A DNA stretch of 64,000 bases from NCBI GenBank assembly GCA_945862455.1, contig CAMAXU010000003.1, positions 419 through 64,418 on the forward strand, in the 5' to 3' direction. The translations under genes were made by a program, and so were the position numbers. Origin of the DNA: Rickettsia typhi (GTDB lineage: Bacteria; Pseudomonadota; Alphaproteobacteria; Rickettsiales; UBA1997). The notes below the pieces were generated by a model. It worked only from the letters and a program-made list of their open reading frames with translations. It was not told the origin of the DNA and did not search any database. This document shows positions 55,488-64,000 of the stretch, in pieces. Position 1 is the stretch's first letter; each line of letters begins with the position of its first letter.

Positions 55488-55966
55488 TATCTATTAGTTT
55501 TGCCAGTTGTAGCGAGGCTAGGAAATGTATTTTTTAAATTATCAGCTATTATTGTTTTGGCTTTTTTCTTATCATTTTGTTCTTTTCTGACTTCAGTAGT
55601 TGAATCTGGTATACAACTTAAACTTGGGATTTGAGAAGTGGAAGTGGCGCTTTCAGCGTCAATATTCATGGCATCTAAAGGAGTTTTTAAATCATCCAAT
55701 GAATCAATAACGCGTTTTTTACCGCTACCAGATGAACCTATATTATCTGTTAATTTAACTTCTTCTCTTCTAATTTTTGGAACATGGCGCTGAATGTTAA
55801 GTGGAGCTTCTGGTCTAGATTTTGTGCGTTCATCATCGGAAGATCCTCTTTCATCGAAAGAGAATTTCAAATCCTCATCTGAAAACTCTTCATCAGAACT
55901 ATTTTTAGAGGTATCTCTAAAATCTTCAAAAGGATGCCCAATAGGTTTAAAAGTATTTTTTTTCAT
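55487..55966 (-). CDS. Low-complexity acidic/Ser-rich protein, hypothetical
   Basis: 159 aa with no hydrophobic core. It has SDEEFSDED and SSDDE clusters plus basic patches (KKRVIDS, KKKAK). Its TAA stop overlaps the ATG of the ankyrin gene by 1 nt (TAATG). Confidence 0.55.
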   Translation of the reverse strand: MKKNTFKPIGHPFEDFRDTSKNSSDEEFSDEDLKFSFDERGSSDDERTKSRPEAPLNIQRHVPKIRREEVKLTDNIGSSGSGKKRVIDSLDDLKTPLDAMNIDAESATSTSQIPSLSCIPDSTTEVRKEQNDKKKAKTIIADNLKNTFPSLATTGKTNR

Positions 55967-55977
55967 ATGTTTAATAA

Positions 55978-57576
55978 TTAATTTTTAAAATTTTCGCGCA
56001 TTAATTTAAAAGTAATACTATCGTGAAGCGCGCGAAATGAAGCGTCAACGATATTTTCCGAAACACCAATTGTTGTCCATTTACTTTCACCATCTGTTGA
56101 CTCAATCTGCACTCGTGTAATCGCTTGCGTGCCATCTGATGGCGTTAAAATTCTAACTTTATAATCAGTTAATCGTACATTTTTTAAACTTGGATATTTA
56201 CGCGAAAGACTTTTGCGAAGCGCTTTATCTAAAGCATTCACCGGCCCATTTCCTTCGGCAACTGCCATTGTGGTTTTATTGCCGATTTTAATTTTTATTG
56301 TTGCCTCGGCAATGGTTAAAATTTTGCCTTTGGCATCGAATTTTCTTTCGTCCAAAACACGAAATCCAACCAAATCAAAAAAATTCGGCACAACTGAAAG
56401 TGATTTTTTAGCCAGAATCTCAAAGCTGGCGTCAGCCGCATCATAAGCGTAACCTTTGGCTTCCAACTCTTTTACTTTATTTACTAAATCTGCAATTTGG
56501 CTAACTTTTACTTCATCGCGCATATCAATGCCAATTTCTTTTAAACGTGCGATAATATTGGAACGGCCGGCTTGGTCGGAAATCATGATCTGGCGCTGAT
56601 TACCAACTTTTTCTGGTTCGATATGTTCGTAGGAAGTTGGGTTTTTAGCAACTGCCGAAACATGCAATCCGCCTTTGTGGGCGAAGGCATATTTGCCAAC
56701 ATAAGGCGCAAATTTGTCGCGTTCTTTATTCAATAAATCATCGAGAAAATTGGCGGTGTGAACCAGATTTTTTAAATGCTTTTCATCAATTCCAACATCA
56801 TAACCCATTTTCAAACAAAGAGTTGGAATGATGCTGATTAAATTAGCATTGCCGCAACGCTCACCCAAACCATTGATTGTTCCTTGAACTTGGCGAACTC
56901 CTGATTCAACGGCAGCAAGTGAATTGGCAACGGCATTTCCGGTGTCATTGTGACAATGAATTCCTAAATTTTCGCTTGGAATATGTTTGGTAACTTCTTT
57001 AACAATTTTAGAAATTTCGCTGGGCAAAGTTCCGCCGTTGGTGTCGCAAAGCACAACCCAACGCGCGCCTGCTTCGTAAGCGGTTTTAGCAGCTTTAAGG
57101 GCAAATTTTGGATTGGCTTTATAACCATCAAAAAAATGTTCGCAGTCAAACATCGCTTCCTTTTTTTTCTTCACGATATGTTTGATTGAATCAGAAATCA
57201 TTTCCAAATTTTCACTTTCAGAAATATGCAGCGCATGCTCTAAATGGAAATCCCAAGTTTTACCAACAATGCAAACTGATTTCACATCACTGTTAATTAA
57301 AGCGTTTAAACCATTGTCATTAGAGGCTGAAACGCCATTGCGGCGCGTCATACCGAAAGCAGAAAAACGGGATTTTTTTAATTTTGGTAGATTGGCAAAA
57401 AACTCATCATCAGTTGGATTTGCGCCCGGCCAGCCACCTTCAATATAATCAATTCCCAAAGCATCTAAAGCGCCGGCAATTTCAATTTTATCCTGAATAG
57501 TAAAATTCACCGTGCTAGTCTGCGCGCCGTCGCGCAAGGTTGAATCATATAAATAAACTCGTGGTTTTTTTGTCAT
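55978..57576 (-). CDS. cimA: (R)-citramalate synthase (LeuA-related, CimA subfamily)
   Basis: Trimmed to MTKKPRVYLYDSTLRDGAQ; the longer ORF overlaps mraY. IDYIEGGWPGANP, GKTWDFH, EHFFDGYKANP, HCHNDTG and GERCGNANL are typical of the ~530-aa CimA-type branch rather than classical LeuA. Confidence 0.75.
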   Translation of the reverse strand: MTKKPRVYLYDSTLRDGAQTSTVNFTIQDKIEIAGALDALGIDYIEGGWPGANPTDDEFFANLPKLKKSRFSAFGMTRRNGVSASNDNGLNALINSDVKSVCIVGKTWDFHLEHALHISESENLEMISDSIKHIVKKKKEAMFDCEHFFDGYKANPKFALKAAKTAYEAGARWVVLCDTNGGTLPSEISKIVKEVTKHIPSENLGIHCHNDTGNAVANSLAAVESGVRQVQGTINGLGERCGNANLISIIPTLCLKMGYDVGIDEKHLKNLVHTANFLDDLLNKERDKFAPYVGKYAFAHKGGLHVSAVAKNPTSYEHIEPEKVGNQRQIMISDQAGRSNIIARLKEIGIDMRDEVKVSQIADLVNKVKELEAKGYAYDAADASFEILAKKSLSVVPNFFDLVGFRVLDERKFDAKGKILTIAEATIKIKIGNKTTMAVAEGNGPVNALDKALRKSLSRKYPSLKNVRLTDYKVRILTPSDGTQAITRVQIESTDGESKWTTIGVSENIVDASFRALHDSITFKLMRENFKN

Positions 57577-57590
57577 TTCGTTATTTATTT

Positions 57591-58646
57591 TTAAACCAAA
57601 AATATCGCCATTCCAAGAATTGCAAACAAAGCCGAAGCGCTCCAGAAGGTTCTCACAACTTTCTGCTCCGACCATCCTAATTTTTCAAAATGATGATGCA
57701 GTGGTGCCATTAAAAAAATTCTTTTTTTACGAAGTTTGTAGGATCCAACTTGTAAAATTACCGAAACTGCTTCGGCAACAAACAAAATTGAAATCACAAA
57801 AAATACAAATTCTTGTTTAATAATAATCGCGATAACACCAAGGGCAGAGCCAATCGACAGACTTCCAACATCGCCCATAAAAACTTTTGCCGGCTTTAAA
57901 TTGAAAGTTAAAAATGCTAAAATAGCGCCAATTAAAGTTATGCAAAAATAAATCAATTCTTGCGAATTTTGAATGTTGGGAACGAAAAATTTTTGGTTAG
58001 TAGGATCAGGATTAGTGCCAATTAAAATCAAGGCACCAAGACAAACAGCATTAATAATTGCCGGAACTGAAACTAAGCCGTCAAGCCCATCTGTAAGGTT
58101 AACGGCGTTGGAAGTGCCGACAATTACGAAAGTTACAAATAACACATAAAGCACTATTCCAAGTGAAATCCAATGTCCCGAGCCGATTGGCAGGTAAACA
58201 CGATTTTTAAAATGAATGGCATCAACACTTCCCAGCCACACAAAAGCAGCGCCGATAATTATGAATTGAATTATTAATTTTATACTGCCGCGAAAGCCAT
58301 TGGGATTTTTGTAAATTACTTTCATCAAGTCGTCTGTAAGTCCGATAAGAGCGAAGGCTACAAAAACAAAACATACAATCCAGATGTAGGAATTGCTTAA
58401 ATCAAGAAAAAGAAAAGTTGAAATTAGAGTAGCCAAGACAATAAAAATTCCGCCCATTGTTGGGGTTTTTGTTTTTGTATGTATGTGACTTTCTGGTCCA
58501 TCTAGGCGGATTGGCTGATAAATGCTTTTAGTATTGATGAAGGAAATATATTTTTTAGTACTAAAAAATCCGATAAGATATGATGAAGCCAAACAAATAA
58601 AGGCTTTAACCCAGATATTTTGCAAAAGAACTAAACTAGTGAGCAC
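57591..58646 (-). CDS. mraY: Phospho-N-acetylmuramoyl-pentapeptide transferase
   Basis: 351 aa, about 10 TM. NAVNLTDGLDGL and MGDVGSL motifs. Confidence 0.92.
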   Translation of the reverse strand: MLTSLVLLQNIWVKAFICLASSYLIGFFSTKKYISFINTKSIYQPIRLDGPESHIHTKTKTPTMGGIFIVLATLISTFLFLDLSNSYIWIVCFVFVAFALIGLTDDLMKVIYKNPNGFRGSIKLIIQFIIIGAAFVWLGSVDAIHFKNRVYLPIGSGHWISLGIVLYVLFVTFVIVGTSNAVNLTDGLDGLVSVPAIINAVCLGALILIGTNPDPTNQKFFVPNIQNSQELIYFCITLIGAILAFLTFNLKPAKVFMGDVGSLSIGSALGVIAIIIKQEFVFFVISILFVAEAVSVILQVGSYKLRKKRIFLMAPLHHHFEKLGWSEQKVVRTFWSASALFAILGMAIFLV

Positions 58647-60060
58647 TGGTTTTATTGGTTAATTTTTCAATTATTTTTTCCATCTTTGTTCCACGCGAAC
58701 CTTTAACATAAAGAATATCGCCATCTTGCAAAAGATTCTGAATTTCAAGACTTGCCGAAGTTGAGTCGGAAAAAACTTTATAAGGATTGGATAAATTTTT
58801 TGTCATTTCAGTCATTCTTTGTCCAACTGCAACAACAAAATCAATTTTTGATTCATTTAAATATTCCGCGATTTCATTATGCAATTCAACTGATTTTTCA
58901 CCAAGTTCTAACATATCTCCAATTGCGGCGATCACACGGTTTTTGCCCAAAGCATTTTTTAGTTCAGTTGCATATTCAAATCCAGCGCGCATTGAAGGCA
59001 AACTGGCATTATAACTATCATCAATAATTGTTATGATTTTTTGATCAAAAAAAACGTCAAAAGCCTTGCCGCGACCAGCGATATTTTCTATTTTTGAAAG
59101 CTCAATAAGACCAAGATTCAAATCTTTTGTTAGCAAATCAAGAGCTGCGGCAATGATTAATGAATTAAAAATCATAATTTTGCTGCTGGCAGAAATTTTG
59201 TAGAAAATCTTAGTTTTATTTTTAGTGGCGATAGAAACTTCAGAATTATTTATGTCAATGATTTCAGATTTTTCTAGGCAATAGTTGCTTTCAAGGTTGC
59301 GGCCAAAACTCAAAATATTTTCTGTTTTTAATCCCGCGATTTCAGCCTGTTTTTTGATAAATTTAAAATGCAGATTGTCGCGATTAATTAACGCAATTCC
59401 ATCTTCATTTAATCCGGCAAAAATTTCCGATTTTGCCAGCGCGATTTCTTCTTCATTTTTGAAAAATTCTATGTGCACCGGCCCAACATTGGTAATGATT
59501 GCGAGGTGAGGGCGCGCCAATTTTGAAAGAGGTTTAATTTCATTGAAATGATTCATGCCCATTTCAAAAATTCCGAAATCGCAATCTTTCGAAAAATTAC
59601 AAAGTGAAAGCGGCAAACCAATATGGTTGTTGAGATTGCCAAAAGTCGCGAAAGTTTTTCCATAAGTTGAAAATGCTAATTTCAACATTTCTTTGGTGGT
59701 GGTTTTTCCAACTGAACCAGTAATGGCAATGATTTTTGCCAGACTTCTTTTGCGCGAAAAAGCAGCGAGTTTATAAAGCGCTTCAAAAGTGTTTTTAACT
59801 AAAAGAAAATCAGAGTTTTTAGTTTTTTCTAAAGCAGATTTATTGTGAACCAACAAAAGTTTGCAGCCATTATTTGCAGCTTGTTCAAGAAAATCATGGG
59901 CATCATTATTTTCACCTTTTAGCGCAATAAATAATCCTTTTTTGGGAGTTTTACGACTGTCAATTATAACTTCATCAATTGCTAAATTATCTGTAATTTT
60001 ATGCTCTAAAATCTCGCCAGATAATGCTTCAATTAATTCTTCTTTCGTCCAAAGTGTCAT
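58636..60060 (-). CDS. murF: UDP-N-acetylmuramoyl-tripeptide--D-alanyl-D-alanine ligase
   Basis: 474 aa. Mur ligase P-loop GSVGKTTTK; overlaps the mraY start by 11 nt. Confidence 0.9.
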   Translation of the reverse strand: MTLWTKEELIEALSGEILEHKITDNLAIDEVIIDSRKTPKKGLFIALKGENNDAHDFLEQAANNGCKLLLVHNKSALEKTKNSDFLLVKNTFEALYKLAAFSRKRSLAKIIAITGSVGKTTTKEMLKLAFSTYGKTFATFGNLNNHIGLPLSLCNFSKDCDFGIFEMGMNHFNEIKPLSKLARPHLAIITNVGPVHIEFFKNEEEIALAKSEIFAGLNEDGIALINRDNLHFKFIKKQAEIAGLKTENILSFGRNLESNYCLEKSEIIDINNSEVSIATKNKTKIFYKISASSKIMIFNSLIIAAALDLLTKDLNLGLIELSKIENIAGRGKAFDVFFDQKIITIIDDSYNASLPSMRAGFEYATELKNALGKNRVIAAIGDMLELGEKSVELHNEIAEYLNESKIDFVVAVGQRMTEMTKNLSNPYKVFSDSTSASLEIQNLLQDGDILYVKGSRGTKMEKIIEKLTNKTSAH

Positions 60061-60062
60061 GA

Positions 60063-61022
60063 TTATTTATTCCTAAAAAATTCTTGAATTTCCTCTTCTT
60101 CAAATCTTGCGCCAAATTTTTGAATAATTTTTGCCGCAATTAAATTTCCGAAATGCGCCGCTTCTTCAAGCTCAAAATCATTAGCCAAGCCATATAAAAA
60201 TCCAGCTGCAAAAGCATCGCCAGCGCCTGTTGTATCAACCAATTTTGAAATTTTGCTGGCGGGCGATGAAAATGATTTTTCTTTAAAAAAAACTTCGCAA
60301 CCTTTCTCAGCTTTTGTAATTACGGCGATTAATTTTTTATTATGTGAAAAAAGTTCTACTAAATTTTCTGAAAGCTGCAAAGCCTCGGATTCATTGGCAA
60401 AAAGAATATCTAAATCATTTTTAACTAACGATAAAAAATCATCTTTGTGACGCGAAACGCAGAAAGAATCAGATAAAGAAAATGCTACTTTTACATCATT
60501 TTTTTTGGCGAGTTTTATAGCTTTTTTCAACGCTTTAATTGTGTTTGGCGCATCCCATAAATATCCTTCTAAATATAGAATTGATGAGCCTTCAAAATCT
60601 TTTTCATCAATATCATTTTCTGTAATTTCTGATGCGCAGCCAAGAAAAGTACACATAGTTCTTTGGGCATCTGGCGTAACTAAAATAAATGATTTTGCTG
60701 AAAAGTTTGGATGCGTTTCGTTGCTCACAAACTCAGCGCCGGTTTTAGTAATTTCACTAATATATTTTTTGCCAAATTCATCATTTCCAACTTTGCCGAT
60801 GAATGATGATGCGCAACCAAGCTGTGAAAGCGCTGCGATAGTATTTCCAACTGATCCGCCAGAAGTGATTTTTTCTGATTTTAACTTAGCAAGTTTTTGA
60901 GTTGTGTCATTGTCGATTAGCGACATTGAGTTTTTTATTAAGCCATTTTCAGCTAAAAACTGATCATCGATTTTACAAAGAACATCAACAATTGCGTTGC
61001 CGATTCCGAGGATTTTATTCAT
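60063..61022 (-). CDS. PfkB-family carbohydrate/adenosine kinase
   Basis: 319 aa. GGSVGNT and DTTGAGDAFAAGF motifs. Confidence 0.8.
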   Translation of the reverse strand: MNKILGIGNAIVDVLCKIDDQFLAENGLIKNSMSLIDNDTTQKLAKLKSEKITSGGSVGNTIAALSQLGCASSFIGKVGNDEFGKKYISEITKTGAEFVSNETHPNFSAKSFILVTPDAQRTMCTFLGCASEITENDIDEKDFEGSSILYLEGYLWDAPNTIKALKKAIKLAKKNDVKVAFSLSDSFCVSRHKDDFLSLVKNDLDILFANESEALQLSENLVELFSHNKKLIAVITKAEKGCEVFFKEKSFSSPASKISKLVDTTGAGDAFAAGFLYGLANDFELEEAAHFGNLIAAKIIQKFGARFEEEEIQEFFRNK

Positions 61023-61055
61023 GTTTATTTTAAATATTTGTATTGTTTATAAATC

Positions 61056-61186
61056 GCATGGACCCCGTCGTGAAGACGGGGTGACAAGTATACTGGGGTG
61101 ACAAACATATTTGGTGTCACCCATTCGTGAATAAGGGGTGACAAACATATTTTGTGTCACCCCGTCTTTACGACGGGGTTCATGCG
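61056..61186. repeat. Family-D palindromic element, long copy with an internal duplication
   Basis: TIR cgcatggaccccgtcgtgaagacgggg / ccccgtctttacgacggggttcatgcg. The core contains the sub-hairpin ggggtgacaaacatatt(t)tg(g)tgtcaccc twice. Confidence 0.85.
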
Positions 61187-61199
61187 GATTTTAATTAAT

Positions 61200-62519
61200 T
61201 TAACTAACTATAATCTTAAAAAACTTTTTCTTCCCAATCGATAAGTCAAAATTATCGGTATTAATAATAGAATGTGAAACATCTAAAACCACCTCACCAT
61301 TGATTTTAATCGCTTTTCCTTCAATTAGTTTTTTCGCCGCACCTTTCGATTCTGCCGCACCAATTTCAAAAATAATATCGACTAATTTTTTGGTTTTTTC
61401 ATCTTCCAAAGAAATTTCTTTTTCCTCAAAAGCCGCCGTATTTTTTGCTACAAAAATTTCGCGCGCTTTTTGCAAAACTTCATTGGCAGTTTTTTCACCG
61501 TGACAAATTTTAGTTGCTTCAAAAGCTAGAATTTCCTTGGCTTGGTTGATTTCTTGATCTTTTAATTTTTCTAAATTTTCAATTTCCGAAATTTCTAAAT
61601 CACTAAAAAGTCGCAAAAATTTTCCAACATCAGCATCGTGAGTATTTCTAAAATATTGGAAATAATCAAAAGCCGAAAGCATGGTTTCATCCAGCCAAAC
61701 CGCGCCATCTGCGGTTTTACCCATTTTTTTGCCGTCGGCTGTGGTTAATAAAGGCGAAGTTAATCCGAAAACGTCCGTGCCAGCTATTTTTGATTTTCCT
61801 AAATCTTTTTTTTGTGGGGCTGTAATATCTTCAATGCTTCCCGATCCTGATCTTGATCTAAAAGTATCTTCACTGTGTTTTTTTCTTATTAACTCAACGC
61901 CATTAATAATATTTCCCCATTGATCAGAACCGCCGATTTGCAGATGGCACCCGTATTTTTTATTAAGCTCAAAAAAGTCGTAAGCTTGCAAAATCATGTA
62001 ATTAAATTCGAGAAAGCTTAAAGGTTGTTCGCGCTCCAAGCGCGTTTTAACTGAATCGAAAGTTAGCATGCGATTTATCGAAAAATGGCGACCGACATCG
62101 CGCAAGAAATCGAGGTAATTTAGGTTTTTTAACCAATCATCATTATTCACCAAAACGGCGGCGTTTGTGCCTTCAAAGCTGATAAATTTTTCTAAAGTTT
62201 TTTTAATTCCGCTTAAATTTTCTTGAATTTTTTCTGCAGTTAAAACTTGGCGCGCTTCGTCCTTTCCGCTTGGATCGCCGATTTTCGTGGTTCCGCCGCC
62301 GAGCAAAACAATTGGTCTGTGACCATGTTTTTGTAAAAGGCGCAGAATCATGATTTGAATTAAGCTTCCAGCGTGCAAGCTTTTTGCGGTGCAATCAAAG
62401 CCAATATAAGCGGTGATTGATTCGCGAGCCATTAATTCTTTTAATTCTTTTTCGTGAGTGCATTGCGCAAAAAATCCGCGCGCGTGAAATTCTTCAAGAA
62501 AATTTGATTTTAAATTCAT
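61200..62519 (-). CDS. tyrS: Tyrosine--tRNA ligase (with a ~30-aa lineage-specific insertion)
   Basis: 439 aa. HIGH-region GFDCTAKSLHAGS, GGSDQWGNI, KMSKS-like KMGKT, and a C-terminal S4-like domain. Confidence 0.92.
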   Translation of the reverse strand: MNLKSNFLEEFHARGFFAQCTHEKELKELMARESITAYIGFDCTAKSLHAGSLIQIMILRLLQKHGHRPIVLLGGGTTKIGDPSGKDEARQVLTAEKIQENLSGIKKTLEKFISFEGTNAAVLVNNDDWLKNLNYLDFLRDVGRHFSINRMLTFDSVKTRLEREQPLSFLEFNYMILQAYDFFELNKKYGCHLQIGGSDQWGNIINGVELIRKKHSEDTFRSRSGSGSIEDITAPQKKDLGKSKIAGTDVFGLTSPLLTTADGKKMGKTADGAVWLDETMLSAFDYFQYFRNTHDADVGKFLRLFSDLEISEIENLEKLKDQEINQAKEILAFEATKICHGEKTANEVLQKAREIFVAKNTAAFEEKEISLEDEKTKKLVDIIFEIGAAESKGAAKKLIEGKAIKINGEVVLDVSHSIINTDNFDLSIGKKKFFKIIVS

Positions 62520-62632
62520 TTTAGGAAGTTATATTTTAGTGAAATAAAATGCTCATGGTGACAATGAGAATGTGATGATTATTGTAAAAATATTATCAAA
62601 ACCGCGCCTAAATTAAGCAATCCATTTTTGAA

Positions 62633-63478
62633 ATGAATATTGAAGAAAAACAAAATTTAACATCGCAGTGGTTTAAAGATTTACGTGATAAAATTTGCGC
62701 CGAATTTGAAAAAATTGAAGTAGAATTTAACGCCGAAAATCCGGGAAAATTTGTTAGAAAAAACTGGGATCGTCCAGATAAATCGGGCGATGGCGGTTCT
62801 GGCGAAATGTCTTTAATGAAAGGCAATGTTTTTGAAAAAGTTGGAGTAAATTTTTCTAAAGTTTACGGCGAATTTAGTGAAGAATTTAGAAAACAAATTA
62901 CGGGTGCTGCCAAAACCGGAAAATTTTGGGCGAGCGGAATTTCTTTGGTGGCACATATGAAATCGCCTTTAGTGCCGGCGGTTCATATAAATACACGCTT
63001 TATTTGCACCGAAGAAAATTGGTTTGGTGGTGGTTCCGATTTGAATCCAATGTTTGAAGTTGCGCAAGATACCGCAGATTTTCACGCAGCTTTTAAAAAA
63101 GTTTGTGATGAAGCAGATCCTAATTATTATAAAAAATTCAAGGAATGGTGCGATGAATATTTTTTTATAAAACATCGCGGAGTTGCGCGTGGCGTGGGTG
63201 GAATTTTTTATGATAATTTAAATTCTGGTGATTTTGAAAAAGATTTTTCTTTTACCCGCAATGTTGGGCTGGCTTTTTTAGAAATTTTTCCAAAACTAGT
63301 AAGGCGCCACATGTTAGAAAAATGGAATGATGCAGAGCGCGAAGAACAGCTCAGAAAGCGCGGACTTTATGCCGAATTTAATTTAGTTTACGATCGTGGT
63401 ACAAAATTTGGTTTAATGACGGGAGGCAATGTGGAAGCAATTCTGATGTCGCTTCCGCCTTTGGCAAAATGGGATTAA
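62633..63478 (+). CDS. hemF: Oxygen-dependent coproporphyrinogen-III oxidase
   Basis: 281 aa. SLVAHMKSPLVPAVHINTRF, RGVGGIFYD and FGLMTGGN motifs. Confidence 0.92.
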   Translation: MNIEEKQNLTSQWFKDLRDKICAEFEKIEVEFNAENPGKFVRKNWDRPDKSGDGGSGEMSLMKGNVFEKVGVNFSKVYGEFSEEFRKQITGAAKTGKFWASGISLVAHMKSPLVPAVHINTRFICTEENWFGGGSDLNPMFEVAQDTADFHAAFKKVCDEADPNYYKKFKEWCDEYFFIKHRGVARGVGGIFYDNLNSGDFEKDFSFTRNVGLAFLEIFPKLVRRHMLEKWNDAEREEQLRKRGLYAEFNLVYDRGTKFGLMTGGNVEAILMSLPPLAKWD

Positions 63479-63511
63479 TTAAATAGAATTAACAAGTAAA
63501 AACTTTAACAA

Positions 63512-64000
63512 ATGCAAAAATTAGAAAAAATCTACGAAGGAAAGGCTAAACAACTTTTCGCCACTGAAGATAAAAATCTTTTGATCCAATATTTTAAAGA
63601 TGACGCCACCGCCTTTAACGCGCTAAAAAAAGCGGTTATTGAAGGGAAAGGTGTTTTAAATAATGTGATTTCGGAATATATTATGCTTGAAATAGCTAAA
63701 GCAGAAGTTCCAACACATTTTGTAAAAAGATTAAATGAGCGTGAACAATTAGTGCGTAAAGTTAAAATTATTCCTTTGGAAGTTATTGTTAGAAATGTGG
63801 CTGCAGGATCAATGGCGAAGCGTCTCGGAATTGAAGAAGGTGTTGAATTATTAGCACCGGCTTTGGAGATTTGTTTAAAAGATGATGCGCTTGGTGATCC
63901 GCTAATTAATGATGATCATGCGATTAATGTTTTAAAAGTTGTGACTCGCGAACAATTAGAAGAAATAAAAAAACATACGCTAAAAATTAACAAAATTTTG
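63512..64000 (+). CDS. purC: Phosphoribosylaminoimidazole-succinocarboxamide synthase, 3'-truncated by the window edge
   Basis: Not in the ORF track because it runs off the window. MQKLEKIYEGKAKQLFATEDKNLLIQYFKDDATAFN... is the typical SAICAR synthetase N-terminus. The frame is open to nt 64000. Confidence 0.85.
   Translation, partial: MQKLEKIYEGKAKQLFATEDKNLLIQYFKDDATAFNALKKAVIEGKGVLNNVISEYIMLEIAKAEVPTHFVKRLNEREQLVRKVKIIPLEVIVRNVAAGSMAKRLGIEEGVELLAPALEICLKDDALGDPLINDDHAINVLKVVTREQLEEIKKHTLKINKIL

Noticed and set aside
57577-57675. An N-terminal extension of the cimA ORF (MVGAESCENLL...) overlapping mraY.
   Set aside because: The conserved CimA/LeuA N-terminus (MTKKPRVYLYDSTLRDGAQ) starts at the ATG at 57576. 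The extension is the out-of-frame shadow of the mraY 3' end.
61090-61165. Repeated ggggtgacaaacatatt units that superficially resemble a short CRISPR-like array.
   Set aside because: There are only two units, they are arms of hairpins inside a palindromic family-D element, there are no spacers of regular length, and there are no cas genes.

Overview
This is an AT-rich alphaproteobacterial chromosome segment. Gene content suggests an intracellular Rickettsiales/Holosporales-like lineage: an orphan rvh-type virB8-virB9 pair, an ankyrin-repeat gene, and dense RPE/MITE-like palindromic repeats. That placement is inference; I cannot name the organism. I support about 57 protein genes, mostly housekeeping: uvrD, purE, murD, rpe, mlaD, purF, xseB, pgsA, gmk, fabI, leuD, ribF, leuS, lolD, gap, tolR/tolA, lolA, cstA, ccmH, pdxJ, dxs, rarA, cimA, mraY, murF, tyrS, hemF, purC. 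There is one tRNA-Arg(CCG) and no rRNA, CRISPR array, intact transposase or prophage. Main observations: (1) A ~1,930-aa secreted orphan protein with about 92 Cys, whose start overlaps the murD stop; its C-terminal third carries repeated sushi/CCP-like cysteine modules. One such module recurs in the glycine-rich protein truncated at the left edge of the window. (2) An alpha-carbonic-anhydrase homologue with two of three zinc-ligand histidines substituted, bracketed by two direct copies of a ~145-bp palindromic element. (3) A ~80-bp element with two hairpins placed in the same orientation directly upstream of the ATGs of purF and dedA, so the two copies form inverted repeats around a 3.1-kb block. 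(4) A CarD/CdnL regulator with a ~135-aa histone-H1-like Lys/Ala/Pro N-terminus and a poly-acidic C-terminal tail. (5) A translationally coupled operon encoding a disordered acidic/Ser-rich protein and an ankyrin-repeat protein. (6) At least six families of palindromic repeats, one of which truncates an IS4-type transposase remnant. All functional calls rest on motif recognition by eye; no database search was run.
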